A stretch of DNA of 64,000 nt from Patescibacteria group bacterium (GTDB lineage Bacteria > Patescibacteriota > Minisyncoccia > Minisyncoccales > RBG-13-36-15): the NCBI GenBank assembly GCA_022574775.1, contig JACZRI010000002.1:10303-74302 (forward strand). The letters are read 5' to 3'. Positions 52,116 to 61,416 of this stretch are shown here, one piece after another. Numbering within the stretch: position 1 is the first letter of the stretch; each line of letters starts with the position of its first letter. The notes below the pieces were generated by a model, which worked only from the letters and a program-made list of their open reading frames with translations, did not search any database and was not told the DNA's origin. The translations under genes and the position numbers were made by a program.

Positions 52116-53378
52116 TTAAATTATCTTGACAGAAGAATTTTTCACGGCTGTCTTAACTAGTCTTGCAGTATTGAGTTTTTTTTCTGCTTTTTTGATATCT
52201 TCTAATTTGGCCCTCGTTGCAGGATGAGAAGGTAAAAATCTCGTACAACAGTCTTGATGAGGTAAAATGGAAACATTAAAAGTACCGATCTCTCTAGCTT
52301 TTTTTATTATCTCTTCTTTATCTTGAGAAATCAGTGGCCTGAAAATTGGCAAGCGAGCAGCCTCTTCAATGACCTTTATATTCTCCAAGGTCTGGGAAGC
52401 TACCTGCCCAATACTTTCTCCGGTGAAAACTCCCAGGGCATTTTCTTTTTTTGCAATCTCCTCTGCAATTCTTAACATAAATCTGCGATAAAGAATCATT
52501 CTCAATTTAGCTGGGGTTTTCATTAAAATCTCTTTTTGAATATCGGCAAATGGAATTACATAAATCCTGGATTCGCCCTGGAAATCCCTCAAAATCTTTA
52601 CTATTTTCTCTGCTTTTTCAATAGAAGCTCGAGAAACAAAGGGATAGGCATGAAAATGTAAAAAAATAGCCCTCACCCCTCTTTTTATTGCAAAAAAAGC
52701 GGCCACCGGCGAATCAATTCCTCCTGAAAGCAAAACCACGACTTTCCCGCTCACACTAACTGGCAATCCACCTTGTCCTTTGATTTTCTCTAAGTATAAA
52801 AAAGCATATTTCTCAACAATCTCAATAAAACAAGTAACATCCGGGTCTTCTAAATCCACCTTAATTTTTAACTTTTCATTTTTAATTTTTGATTTTTTAA
52901 GTATGTACCACCCCACATTTTCGTTAACTTGTTGAGACGTTAAGTAAAATTCTTTTTTTGACCTTTGAGTGAAAATCCGAAAGGTTTTAAATTTTTTGTT
53001 CTCTAAAACCTTCAATGCGTTCTCTTGAATATTTTTTATTTTCTGTGGAACACTAGTGGCAAAAGCAAAATAAGCAATACCAAAAACTTTCTTGAGATTC
53101 TCTTTCATTCCCTTCTCACCTTCTTCACCTCCCATTCCCTTCTTGCTTAATTTCACAATTATTCTACCTGAAATCCTCTTCACAAACTCAAAAGAAGCGG
53201 GTTTCAAAACCCGCTTAATGTTTTCCACCAACTTTTCTTCAAAAAACTTTCTATTTTTACCTTTCAATCCAATCTCAGAATAATGACAGATAACATAATC
53301 CATAGCTTCTGTCTTTTTCAACCTTGTCTGTTTATCTAAGTAAATTGCTTGGTTTTCTTTTAGTAAGGTTATTTTCAT
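52116..53378 (-). CDS. thiI: tRNA 4-thiouridine synthase ThiI (THUMP + PP-loop)
   Basis: 420-aa ORF with PP-loop LLSGGIDSPVAA and a THUMP-like N-terminal half. Confidence 0.85.
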   Translation of the reverse strand: MKITLLKENQAIYLDKQTRLKKTEAMDYVICHYSEIGLKGKNRKFFEEKLVENIKRVLKPASFEFVKRISGRIIVKLSKKGMGGEEGEKGMKENLKKVFGIAYFAFATSVPQKIKNIQENALKVLENKKFKTFRIFTQRSKKEFYLTSQQVNENVGWYILKKSKIKNEKLKIKVDLEDPDVTCFIEIVEKYAFLYLEKIKGQGGLPVSVSGKVVVLLSGGIDSPVAAFFAIKRGVRAIFLHFHAYPFVSRASIEKAEKIVKILRDFQGESRIYVIPFADIQKEILMKTPAKLRMILYRRFMLRIAEEIAKKENALGVFTGESIGQVASQTLENIKVIEEAARLPIFRPLISQDKEEIIKKAREIGTFNVSILPHQDCCTRFLPSHPATRAKLEDIKKAEKKLNTARLVKTAVKNSSVKII

Positions 53379-53466
53379 TTGGCATCATAACAAAATAAAA
53401 ACAAAAACAAGACCGCTACGCTCCTTTAATAAAACGTAAGAGTTTCAAATAACTTTGTGTCTCTTT

Positions 53467-53541
53467 CTACTTATCCCTTTCTTTTCCTTCTTCTGTTCTC
53501 TCTGGCTCAGCTGTTTGGCCACAGCCGCAAGTATCACACAT
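53467..53541 (-). CDS. candidate 24-aa Cys-rich micro-ORF (MCDTCGCG...)
   Basis: ATG 53541 to TAG 53467: MCDTCGCGQTAEPERTEEGKERDK. Sits between the nuclease stop and the thiI start on the same strand. No independent expression evidence. Confidence 0.3.
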   Translation of the reverse strand: MCDTCGCGQTAEPERTEEGKERDK

Positions 53542-53580
53542 ATTTTTATACTTCTTATTTTAATTATTTGAGTCGGCTTT

Positions 53581-54327
53581 TCAAATACTCAAAGCTCTGT
53601 TGTCTATATGAGCTAAAATTTTGTGGTTCTGCCATTCCCAGACTTTCTTTGCGCCCAAAAAAGCTTCAATGTCTCTGTCTTGGTTATCTAATTCTTTAAA
53701 TTCCCATTCTCCCTGAACCTGACCAAGCTTGTGACTGCAATTCTTCTTCCCGCCTTTTGCCTTTTCATCTATATCTTTTGTTCTTTTTTTTGCCGGGCAG
53801 AATTCACACTTTTGGTATTGATCAATCCTCAAAATCCAACGCGTTTCAGCTTTTGGCAAAGCCATCTCGTTAAAAGCCTGCACATAAGCTGCTATCTGCA
53901 ACGAGTATTCATCCCAGATTCCTTTTGATGTTTTCAAGTCCAAAATACCAAGTTTCCCATTGATTTCAATTAACAAATCAAAGGTACCGGCATATGAATG
54001 ATTTTTACTCATAACCCTTTTTTCGATCTCTAAAACAGAGATGCTGTATTGGTTCCTCCAGTCTTCAAAAGCTGAAATCGAGGGAGAAATTATGGGATCT
54101 ATTTTTATTTCCTTTCCCTGTAAAATTTTCTCCATTGTTTCATGGAGTAATTTTCCCCAATTAGAAGCACGGGTTAAATTTTCTTGAGCTACAGTAAAAT
54201 TCTTTTGATTCGCATAGTATCTTAAGAGACCGGGTTTCGCAATTGTACTGCAAATAGCAGTTATTCTGGGATACCACATGCCTTCAATTTCATACCCATA
54301 TTTTGATTTAAAATATTGAATATTCAT
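53581..54327 (-). CDS. PD-(D/E)xK (Cas4/RecB-like) nuclease family protein
   Basis: 248-aa ORF with GTFDLL...ILDLKTSK and QIAAY motifs and a C-terminal Cys pair (CEFC...C.H). Confidence 0.65.
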   Translation of the reverse strand: MNIQYFKSKYGYEIEGMWYPRITAICSTIAKPGLLRYYANQKNFTVAQENLTRASNWGKLLHETMEKILQGKEIKIDPIISPSISAFEDWRNQYSISVLEIEKRVMSKNHSYAGTFDLLIEINGKLGILDLKTSKGIWDEYSLQIAAYVQAFNEMALPKAETRWILRIDQYQKCEFCPAKKRTKDIDEKAKGGKKNCSHKLGQVQGEWEFKELDNQDRDIEAFLGAKKVWEWQNHKILAHIDNRALSI

Positions 54328-54336
54328 AATTTTATA

Positions 54337-54858
54337 TTAGTATTCAAGTCCTATTCTTGCCCAAATTCCTTTTTTAAAAGGATGTTTAAGTTCTTTAAAC
54401 TCAGTTGCCAAATCAGCAATTTGAATTAACTCTTTTTTAGCTCCCCTGCCAGTAAGAATTAAATCAACCTCTTTGGGGGCTTTTTTGAGGATATTCAACA
54501 CCCCTTTCAATGAAATTAAATCTAAAGCAATAGCAACGTTAACTTCGTCTAAAATCACTATATCAAATTTTCCAGAAAAAATACCCTCTTTTGCTAATTT
54601 GAGGGTTTCTTTTGCAGCTTCCTCATGAACTTCTCGCGGAAGCTTATCTCCCATTATTCCAACAAATCCTTTTCCTCCTTTGATCAGTTGAAATTTAGGG
54701 GTAAGATCCTGGATGGTCTTTTCTTCTCCTGTCGGCCATTTCTCGCTTTTAATAAACTGAATCATTAAGACTTTCTTTCCCTGACCAATTGCCCGAACGC
54801 CTTGTCCAATTGCGGCCGTAGTCTTACCCTTTCCATTGCCAGTGAAAACCAAAATCAT
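54337..54858 (-). CDS. cobO: cob(I)alamin adenosyltransferase (CobO/BtuR type)
   Basis: 173-aa ORF with P-loop-like TGNGKGKTTAA.G and QF.K patterns. Confidence 0.85.
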   Translation of the reverse strand: MILVFTGNGKGKTTAAIGQGVRAIGQGKKVLMIQFIKSEKWPTGEEKTIQDLTPKFQLIKGGKGFVGIMGDKLPREVHEEAAKETLKLAKEGIFSGKFDIVILDEVNVAIALDLISLKGVLNILKKAPKEVDLILTGRGAKKELIQIADLATEFKELKHPFKKGIWARIGLEY

Positions 54859-54861
54859 ATA

Positions 54862-57207
54862 TTATATTTTCGCCTGCGCCCCAACGTCTGTAGGCAGGCT
54901 GTCTTCTTCAAAATCAATCTCGCATACCCCACCTACACAGGCTAACTCTTTGGAACCAGTTGTTTCATCTTCTTTCTCAAAAGCGATAATCTGGGCAAAA
55001 TCAATTTTTGGCAACTGGGCTACAAGTTCTTGGTATTTATCTTCGCTAATTTCCTCATAAGGGGCTAATTGATAGGCATGTTCGGTCCGCGGTAAAAAAG
55101 AGAGTCCGCCCAAAAGATTCCATCTCTCATATAACCAATTTGCAGCTTGAATCCATTCATTCTGACCTACAGAAACGGTAACTGAAGGATTGTGCTCGGT
55201 ATAATTTTCTTTCACCACCTTCCAATGCTCAAGCTGATCAATTGCTTTTAAGTCATTCCGGAAAATAGCTCTTTTAGGAGATTTTACTGGGAATTCAATC
55301 ACATAAGTGGTGGCAGACTGCTCCATTTGTCCGACTTCCGGACTATACGGGAATTTCTGTTCTTTCAACATCTGGAAAAGAGGATCAGTTGCAGATATGC
55401 GAATTCTCCTGATGTAAAAAGAAGAATGACGGGGATGCATTCCCGATGCTGCGTCAACAAGTTGAGACAACGTACCCGAAGGCTTTACGCAAGTGATACA
55501 AACTGAGGGATTAATGCCGAATCGTTTTGCGTATTCACGATTGAACTCCAATGCTTTCTCCCGAAGCTTCTTAAGAGTTGCGGCGTTACGAACTGCTGGA
55601 GAATCCCATTGCCCGGTGATAGAAACCCCTAACAGCCTTTCCTCCTCGCAGTTTTTCTTCCATTCTTTTGAGAGATACTGAAAATTTGTGAGAGTAGATT
55701 GATAAGTTCCAAGCAAGGCTCCAATCCGAATTTTTTTCAAAAGAGACTCTTCGGTGTCTTCTGATCGAGCAACGACTTCAGTCAAATTGCAGAAGGATTT
55801 ATTGCGAAGGATAATTTCTCCGCATGGATTTGTACCAGATGTTGCCCAGTATTTTTTAAATGTGTTCCAGCGCCTCTTTGGCATTTGGTATTTCAACCCT
55901 CCCCTATTGAAAATTCCACGCTCTCCTGTGCCGCTTTTGGCAAGAGCTAACCATTCTTCAAGAAATTGACTTGCTGTTGGTTTTTCATTATAGACTGCAG
56001 AGTTATTAGCCATTGCCCTTTGAGAATCTGTAAGGTAAAACTGACCAACCTTGGCATTTCTCATTTCTTCGTCATCAAGATCAGAAAGACTAATTAAAGC
56101 AGATCTTCTCACGCCTCCCATAACAATAGTCTCGCCAATTTTACAAATAATGTCGTGCACATTAATGTTGCTTAAACGTTTTCCCTGGTGGTTCAAAATT
56201 TTAGCGCGAGTGAACTCTAAAAGTATACGCAAGGGCTCTGGTCCTGCGCTCCTTCCACCCATAGTCTTAAGCTTCGCTCCTGCCGGTCTAACCCTTGAAA
56301 AATCAAAATTAATATCCTTCCCTCTGTACCAAGCCTTCATTCCAATAATCAAGGCATTTCCCCATCCTTCTTTACTGTCTTCAATGGTGTGGGCCGATAA
56401 TACCTTGCCGGTCTGACGCTTCACAATGGGTAAGCGCTGAACCGTTTGACTCTCCACGGAAAAACCAACCCCTGTGCCGCACATTAAAAGATACATAATC
56501 TCTGCAAAATCACGAATCTCTTTTGGAGCAATAAAAGAACAGTTGTACACGGAAACATTAGAGGCCTTGGCAGCCTTACCGGCTGCCCATAAAAGCCTCA
56601 TTGAAGGCATAACTTGCTGGTTTAAAATCGCCTCTTTAACCTCCGCATACTCGTCTTCTCTTAATCGTGCCCCAAGATTCTCTTTCATAAAATTTATGTA
56701 GCGATCCACTGTTTCAACCCAGGTCTCTCTTCTTCCTTCTTCTTCAATCCAACGAGAATAGGTACGATAATAAATAAACTCAGCAAGCTCATTCTTGAAA
56801 TACTTTTTGCTCTTTTGGACCAATTCTTTCACTTTCTCTGGAATAAACCCTTTTCTTTCCCGAACGTTTGCCCGTTCTTGCCTGTAAAGAATGTAAGCCT
56901 TTGCTGTTTTTGGAAAGTCTCTAAGAATTAAGACCTCTTCCGCTACATCTTGAATTTCTTCAATGTTAGGGTTGTGAGTCAAAGGATACAGTTTTCTTAA
57001 CTCCTTTATTACCCAATCCGTGACACGGATCGGGTCACGATCCAATTTTCCCTCACCCGTTGCCTGCATAGCTTTATAGATAGCGCTTGTAATTCGACTC
57101 TGGTCAAAGGGTGTAATTCTTCCGTCTCGTTTTATTACATTTTTAAAAATACTTTTTGCTGTTTGTATGATTGCCATAGATTTAAACTTTATTATTTTCG
57201 TAATCAA
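54862..57207 (-). CDS. nrdJ: adenosylcobalamin-dependent (class II) ribonucleotide reductase with ATP-cone
   Basis: 781-aa ORF with an N-terminal ATP-cone (VIKRDGRITPFD..RI..AI), an RNR core (NPCGEI...C.L) and a cobalamin-operon context. Alternative start at ATG 57177. Confidence 0.88.
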   Translation of the reverse strand: MITKIIKFKSMAIIQTAKSIFKNVIKRDGRITPFDQSRITSAIYKAMQATGEGKLDRDPIRVTDWVIKELRKLYPLTHNPNIEEIQDVAEEVLILRDFPKTAKAYILYRQERANVRERKGFIPEKVKELVQKSKKYFKNELAEFIYYRTYSRWIEEEGRRETWVETVDRYINFMKENLGARLREDEYAEVKEAILNQQVMPSMRLLWAAGKAAKASNVSVYNCSFIAPKEIRDFAEIMYLLMCGTGVGFSVESQTVQRLPIVKRQTGKVLSAHTIEDSKEGWGNALIIGMKAWYRGKDINFDFSRVRPAGAKLKTMGGRSAGPEPLRILLEFTRAKILNHQGKRLSNINVHDIICKIGETIVMGGVRRSALISLSDLDDEEMRNAKVGQFYLTDSQRAMANNSAVYNEKPTASQFLEEWLALAKSGTGERGIFNRGGLKYQMPKRRWNTFKKYWATSGTNPCGEIILRNKSFCNLTEVVARSEDTEESLLKKIRIGALLGTYQSTLTNFQYLSKEWKKNCEEERLLGVSITGQWDSPAVRNAATLKKLREKALEFNREYAKRFGINPSVCITCVKPSGTLSQLVDAASGMHPRHSSFYIRRIRISATDPLFQMLKEQKFPYSPEVGQMEQSATTYVIEFPVKSPKRAIFRNDLKAIDQLEHWKVVKENYTEHNPSVTVSVGQNEWIQAANWLYERWNLLGGLSFLPRTEHAYQLAPYEEISEDKYQELVAQLPKIDFAQIIAFEKEDETTGSKELACVGGVCEIDFEEDSLPTDVGAQAKI

Positions 57208-57210
57208 TAT

Positions 57211-57783
57211 TTATTCCTCTATTTTATCAAATTTTAGAGATACAAACAAGATGGACTTCTTCTTGAAAAAGGAATAGAGGAAAGTTTTGTTCAAAACAAG
57301 CTCATAAACCCCGAAAAATAAGCTCACGTAGAAAAGATCTCCCAGAATTGTATTCTTGAAAAAAGGTAAAGCTAAGGCATAAGAAAACATCAACCCAGAT
57401 ATATCTTTCGGGTACCAAGGGCTGAAGGCCCAGACCGCAAAATTGGTGATGAGATAAAACAATAAAGATCCGACTAAAGCACTGGAAATAATCATCCCTA
57501 GACTTCTATGATTCCGCAGCCAGAGACCTATTAGACTAATTATACCAAAGCTCCCATACACTGCAATCATCAATCTTGTACTATAAGATCCGATAAAATA
57601 ATCCCCTACGAATAATGCTAATAAAGGCACAATCCAAAAATACTTCTTGGTAAGGTAAACGCCGCCAAACAAAGCAATAGCGGCAATGGGAGCGAAATTC
57701 GGAGGATGAGGGATAAGTCTTAAAATTACTCCCAGGAAAATTAAAAACAATATACCAGAAATTTCCAAAATTTTTCCTTTCAT
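57211..57783 (-). CDS. polytopic membrane protein (DUF6580-like; probable corrinoid uptake component)
   Basis: 190-aa ORF with about 6 TM helices and a LIPHPPNFAPIAAIALFGG motif. The function is inferred only from riboswitch-operon context. Confidence 0.55.
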   Translation of the reverse strand: MKGKILEISGILFLIFLGVILRLIPHPPNFAPIAAIALFGGVYLTKKYFWIVPLLALFVGDYFIGSYSTRLMIAVYGSFGIISLIGLWLRNHRSLGMIISSALVGSLLFYLITNFAVWAFSPWYPKDISGLMFSYALALPFFKNTILGDLFYVSLFFGVYELVLNKTFLYSFFKKKSILFVSLKFDKIEE

Positions 57784-57798
57784 ATCATTTATATTGTA

Positions 57799-58266
57799 TT
57801 ATTCAAATTTAGATGCAAAAAATTTCCATTCTACCACGTCTCTGTTTTTCATTTGGTATTGACCAGCTCCTACTTGCGCGTGCTTATTGTTAACCCAGTA
57901 TTGCCAGTACTTTCCGCTTTCCCCGTTTTCCTTATCTCCTATCCTTTTAATAAACACTCCCCATTCCGGATGGACTTCGTACTCTAATTCAAAAGGATTT
58001 TCTGTGTCTTTTGAGCAAGTTTCTAATAAATCAAACGCGGTCTTTTTCTCTACAAGCTCCTGATCGTTGCACGTAATAACATTCCCGTCCTGAAAATCAA
58101 CCATTAAGGAAACATAAATCTTCTCTTGCTGCTCTTGCAGAGATTGCCCAACCTTTTGAGTTGGAAGAGTTGACTCGCTCGGGGAAATAAAAGAGCTGGC
58201 GACTAAACCCAGAGCTAAACCTGCTCCAAAAATGATAATAAATTTTACTGTATGTGAAAATCTCAT
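57799..58266 (-). CDS. DUF4430 (transcobalamin-like) secreted/anchored protein
   Basis: 155-aa ORF with an N-terminal TM/signal segment and a WQYWVN...G...Y....D.V.W.F pattern. First gene after the cobalamin riboswitch. Confidence 0.7.
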   Translation of the reverse strand: MRFSHTVKFIIIFGAGLALGLVASSFISPSESTLPTQKVGQSLQEQQEKIYVSLMVDFQDGNVITCNDQELVEKKTAFDLLETCSKDTENPFELEYEVHPEWGVFIKRIGDKENGESGKYWQYWVNNKHAQVGAGQYQMKNRDVVEWKFFASKFE

Positions 58267-58480
58267 AAAAAAAATCCCACTTCGAGTGGAATAAACCTAT
58301 CCAGACTGTCCAGCCTGGACTAAACTTCTCCTTTGCTCGAAGGTAGAGGTTAAAAATATTGTGCCCACTTCGTAAAACTTCAGAAGGCAAGGATGGTATT
58401 CTGACTTTCACAGTTACGGCATAGTCCCGGATTTTCACCGGCGTTCCCCATCCACTGTTAAGGTTCGTTAGTATAGGATA
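58267..58480 (-). promoter_or_regulatory. cobalamin (B12) riboswitch
   Basis: Minus strand GGAUGGGGAACGCCGGUGAAAAUCCGGGACUAUGCCGUAACUGU core and B12-box-like AGUCAGAAUACCAUCC (58386-58406). A hairpin plus U8 abuts the AUG. Confidence 0.85.
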
Positions 58481-58561
58481 TCAATTCACGCCAAGTAGTG
58501 TCAAGAGAAAATCTGGGGATAATTCCAAAAATTGGCCCATTTTATAGAGGAAACGGCTGCG

Positions 58562-58834
58562 CTACCTCAATATCTTCCCTAAAACTAAGTTTCTATTTAC
58601 TTCACCGAAATTTTTACTTGATTCTGCCCAGGAAACAGTACCCTCTACAAAATAAGAATTATTTTTGATCTCTTTCACTCTTTTTACAAATATTTCTATT
58701 TGGTCCTTTGGATTTTGAAAAACAATAAAATCGCCAATCTTGGGTTTTAATAGATTGGTCGCAAAATAATTCCTCCCAGGAACCAAATGAGGCCAACAGC
58801 TTTCTCCCTCAACTTTTACGGAAAAAATTAACAT
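58562..58834 (-). CDS. sodX: S26-family Ni-SOD maturation peptidase (SodX-like)
   Basis: Start trimmed to ATG 58834, just after the sodN stop. VEGESCWPHL...G..V....P......VKRV pattern. Confidence 0.7.
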   Translation of the reverse strand: MLIFSVKVEGESCWPHLVPGRNYFATNLLKPKIGDFIVFQNPKDQIEIFVKRVKEIKNNSYFVEGTVSWAESSKNFGEVNRNLVLGKILR

Positions 58835-58841
58835 TAAAAGT

Positions 58842-59327
58842 TTAATAAAGTTTGTCAGTAATTTCTTTATAAGCTTTAAATCTCTCTGGTACTCCTTTAA
58901 CCTCATAAAAGACTTTCGCAATTTCATCTACTTTATCCACTAATTTTTGGGCAGCCTCTTCATTTATTTCTTGCTTATTTTGAGAACAAAGCTTTACTGC
59001 CTCCCAGACAAGTTCGTGAAGATTGGGGAACTTCTCTAAATGTTCTGCCTTGAAGAAATCAGACCATAAAATCTCAACTTCCTTCTTGCAAAGCTCAGCA
59101 TGGTCTTCCTTATTCTTAATCCTCCTCGCCAAACTATTGAAATACTGAAAAAGCGAGTCTTTGTCCATGATATTTTTTGGGAGCTCTAACTCCTTCACTT
59201 GTTGAACCATTCGAACTACAGTTTTAGCAGCAATTTTCGCAGGAGTTGGCTCATAGATTTGGCAGGGAATATCACAATGCGCCTGAGCGGAAATTTTTGG
59301 AATAAATTTCATACTAATAAGGTTCAT
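58842..59327 (-). CDS. sodN: nickel-containing superoxide dismutase
   Basis: Ni-hook HCDIPCQIY after a 16-aa propeptide, plus LWSDFFK...H...P.LH.LV.EAVK as in Streptomyces SodN. Confidence 0.88.
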   Translation of the reverse strand: MNLISMKFIPKISAQAHCDIPCQIYEPTPAKIAAKTVVRMVQQVKELELPKNIMDKDSLFQYFNSLARRIKNKEDHAELCKKEVEILWSDFFKAEHLEKFPNLHELVWEAVKLCSQNKQEINEEAAQKLVDKVDEIAKVFYEVKGVPERFKAYKEITDKLY

Positions 59328-59422
59328 TTTTAAGAAAAATACTATCGACCTTTTTTATTTAAATATATCAAAATTTTAATGGAAATAAAAGGACTTTCGA
59401 TTCAAATCAAAAATAATGTAGT

Positions 59423-60487
59423 TCAAAAAATTTCTGCTAAAAGTTTATTTGAAAAATAAATAACTTGCCAGAATTCTTTAGAAAATAAATCTTTGAAAGT
59501 CGGCTTCTCTGGAGAAACATGGCCATACCTATCAGATAATACCATTATTTTTTGACCAGGATACATTTCTGAAAGTAAAATAGAATGGGGAAAAGGAATC
59601 AATTGATCTTTTTTGCCATGGAGAATAAAAAGAGGAGCCTTAACCTCAGAAATCACTGTCTTGGGAGAAATAGATTCAAGGAGTTGAGCAGTGGAAGGCG
59701 GTAAATCTTGAAAAAATTTTTCCAGTTCTGTTCGATTAGTAGTTTCCTTAATTTTTTCAATAAAATCTTTGCCCTCAATAGTTTTTTCTTCTTGAGAAAA
59801 TCTTTCAAGATTTTTTTCCACTACTTCCTGAATCCTTGGTGATGGATCCCAAGGAATTATTTCTTTTTGATAAATAAAACTTTTGGAAAGAACATTTTGA
59901 ATGAGCTCTTTTGCATCAAAATAACCCCCCGTCCATAAAATGTACTTAACCTTATCCTGAATAGCAGGGTCTGCTGCTGCCAAGAAAGCAAGAGAGGAAC
60001 CTACAGATAGCCCAAAGAACCCAATCTTGTTAGAATAGACATAAGGTTGCTTTTCAAGGAGCTGAAAAGCCTCAACAAGATTTTCTATTTCTTTTGGGTC
60101 AATAAGAGATTCTTTTAATAATTGAGAGTCAACCGTAACAACTACAATTTTATTCTGTACCAGTCTCTGAAAAAAATTTTGTAAATTTTCCCCCTCAGCT
60201 CCTTTGGGATGAATGCCAAGGGAAACAACCATGCCTGGGTATTTGCTTTCATCAGCTGGCCCGCCTAGACTCGCGTCTGGCGAGGCTGGCCGAAAAACAT
60301 AAAAAGCTGTCTGCTGATCTTTTTGATGAATTTCTTGAATTACATCTTCCTTAAAATCTACGACCTCGACTGGTAAAACAGAAAGAAGGAAATTGAATGT
60401 CTTGAATGTCATCCTCCAAGGAGTAATGATGAAAAGAAAAATAATTCCTGTTAATAAAATAAATATTACAATAAGGAATTTCTTCAT
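59423..60487 (-). CDS. membrane-anchored alpha/beta hydrolase
   Basis: 354-aa ORF with an N-terminal TM helix, nucleophile elbow GLSVG, and later D and H (LHGKKDQLIP...YGH). Confidence 0.7.
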   Translation of the reverse strand: MKKFLIVIFILLTGIIFLFIITPWRMTFKTFNFLLSVLPVEVVDFKEDVIQEIHQKDQQTAFYVFRPASPDASLGGPADESKYPGMVVSLGIHPKGAEGENLQNFFQRLVQNKIVVVTVDSQLLKESLIDPKEIENLVEAFQLLEKQPYVYSNKIGFFGLSVGSSLAFLAAADPAIQDKVKYILWTGGYFDAKELIQNVLSKSFIYQKEIIPWDPSPRIQEVVEKNLERFSQEEKTIEGKDFIEKIKETTNRTELEKFFQDLPPSTAQLLESISPKTVISEVKAPLFILHGKKDQLIPFPHSILLSEMYPGQKIMVLSDRYGHVSPEKPTFKDLFSKEFWQVIYFSNKLLAEIF

Positions 60488-60495
60488 CTAAAAAT

Positions 60496-61413
60496 ATGCT
60501 TTGGGTTTTATTTGCAGTTTTAGCCTATCTCTTCCTTGCTGTCGGTGTTTTTATTGATCGATTTTTGATGAAAGGCCCTTTGAAAAGTCCTTTCGCCTAC
60601 GCATTTTATGCTGGGATGCTGAATAGCTTGGTAATTCTTTTTTTACTTTTGAATGTATTCTTTGATTTCTTGGAACCGGTATCTGGCATCACGATTATTT
60701 TGGGCATGCTCACAGGTTTTCTTGCAGTATGGACCTTACTGGTTTGGTTTATTTTAGTATCTAAGGAAGAGGTATCAAAAGCAAGTCCAGTAGTGGGGGC
60801 GCTCCAGCCTATTTTAATAGTTGGAGTTTCACTCTTGTTCTTTTTGGAACAAGCCATTCCTTCTCTAAATGAAATCTCTGCTTTTTTATTATTTTTAGTA
60901 GGGAGTGTGATAATAGTGAAAAAACCTGGAGGATTTCCTTTATTAAAAAATCACACGACTCTTTTCATCTTAAGCGCTTTTTATTTCTCCTTGAGCTGGA
61001 TGCTGCTAAAAGTTCTGTTTGTGTTGACGAATTTTTGGACAGTTCTTGTCCTCGTGGGTATAGGTTCTATTATAGGAGCTGCAACTTTGCTTTTCCTGCC
61101 TGAGACTCGCATAGACCTTGCAAAAAAAGGTCTTCCAATTCAAAAAGGGCTTCTTATTCCTTTCTTTATCGGACGGGTTGCAGGAGCTTTCGGGGCGATT
61201 TTTCAACTAGCTGCTATCTTTTTTGCAACAATCCCCCAGGTCCCCCTCATTGGAGCATTGGCAGGAATTCAATTTCTCTTTCTCTACTTTCTTCTTTTCT
61301 TTTTTGCCGGTAAATTACCCGAAATGGAAGAAGAAATGTCAGGTAAAGCCCTTTTGAAAAAAATAGTGGGAATGGTAATTATTGGCCTTGGATTTTTAAC
61401 TCTAACACTCTGA
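60496..61413 (+). CDS. polytopic membrane protein (DMT/EamA-like permease?)
   Basis: 305-aa ORF with about 10 hydrophobic helices. No diagnostic motif recognised. Confidence 0.55.
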   Translation: MLWVLFAVLAYLFLAVGVFIDRFLMKGPLKSPFAYAFYAGMLNSLVILFLLLNVFFDFLEPVSGITIILGMLTGFLAVWTLLVWFILVSKEEVSKASPVVGALQPILIVGVSLLFFLEQAIPSLNEISAFLLFLVGSVIIVKKPGGFPLLKNHTTLFILSAFYFSLSWMLLKVLFVLTNFWTVLVLVGIGSIIGAATLLFLPETRIDLAKKGLPIQKGLLIPFFIGRVAGAFGAIFQLAAIFFATIPQVPLIGALAGIQFLFLYFLLFFFAGKLPEMEEEMSGKALLKKIVGMVIIGLGFLTLTL

Positions 61414-61416
61414 GAA

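Noticed and set aside
53457-53699. 80-aa plus-strand ORF between thiI and the nuclease gene.
   Set aside because: It has a low-complexity Leu/Phe/Ser-rich translation, no signals, and overlaps the nuclease 3' end in antisense.
58097-58438. 113-aa minus-strand ORF.
   Set aside because: It covers the cobalamin riboswitch and overlaps the DUF4430 gene out of frame.
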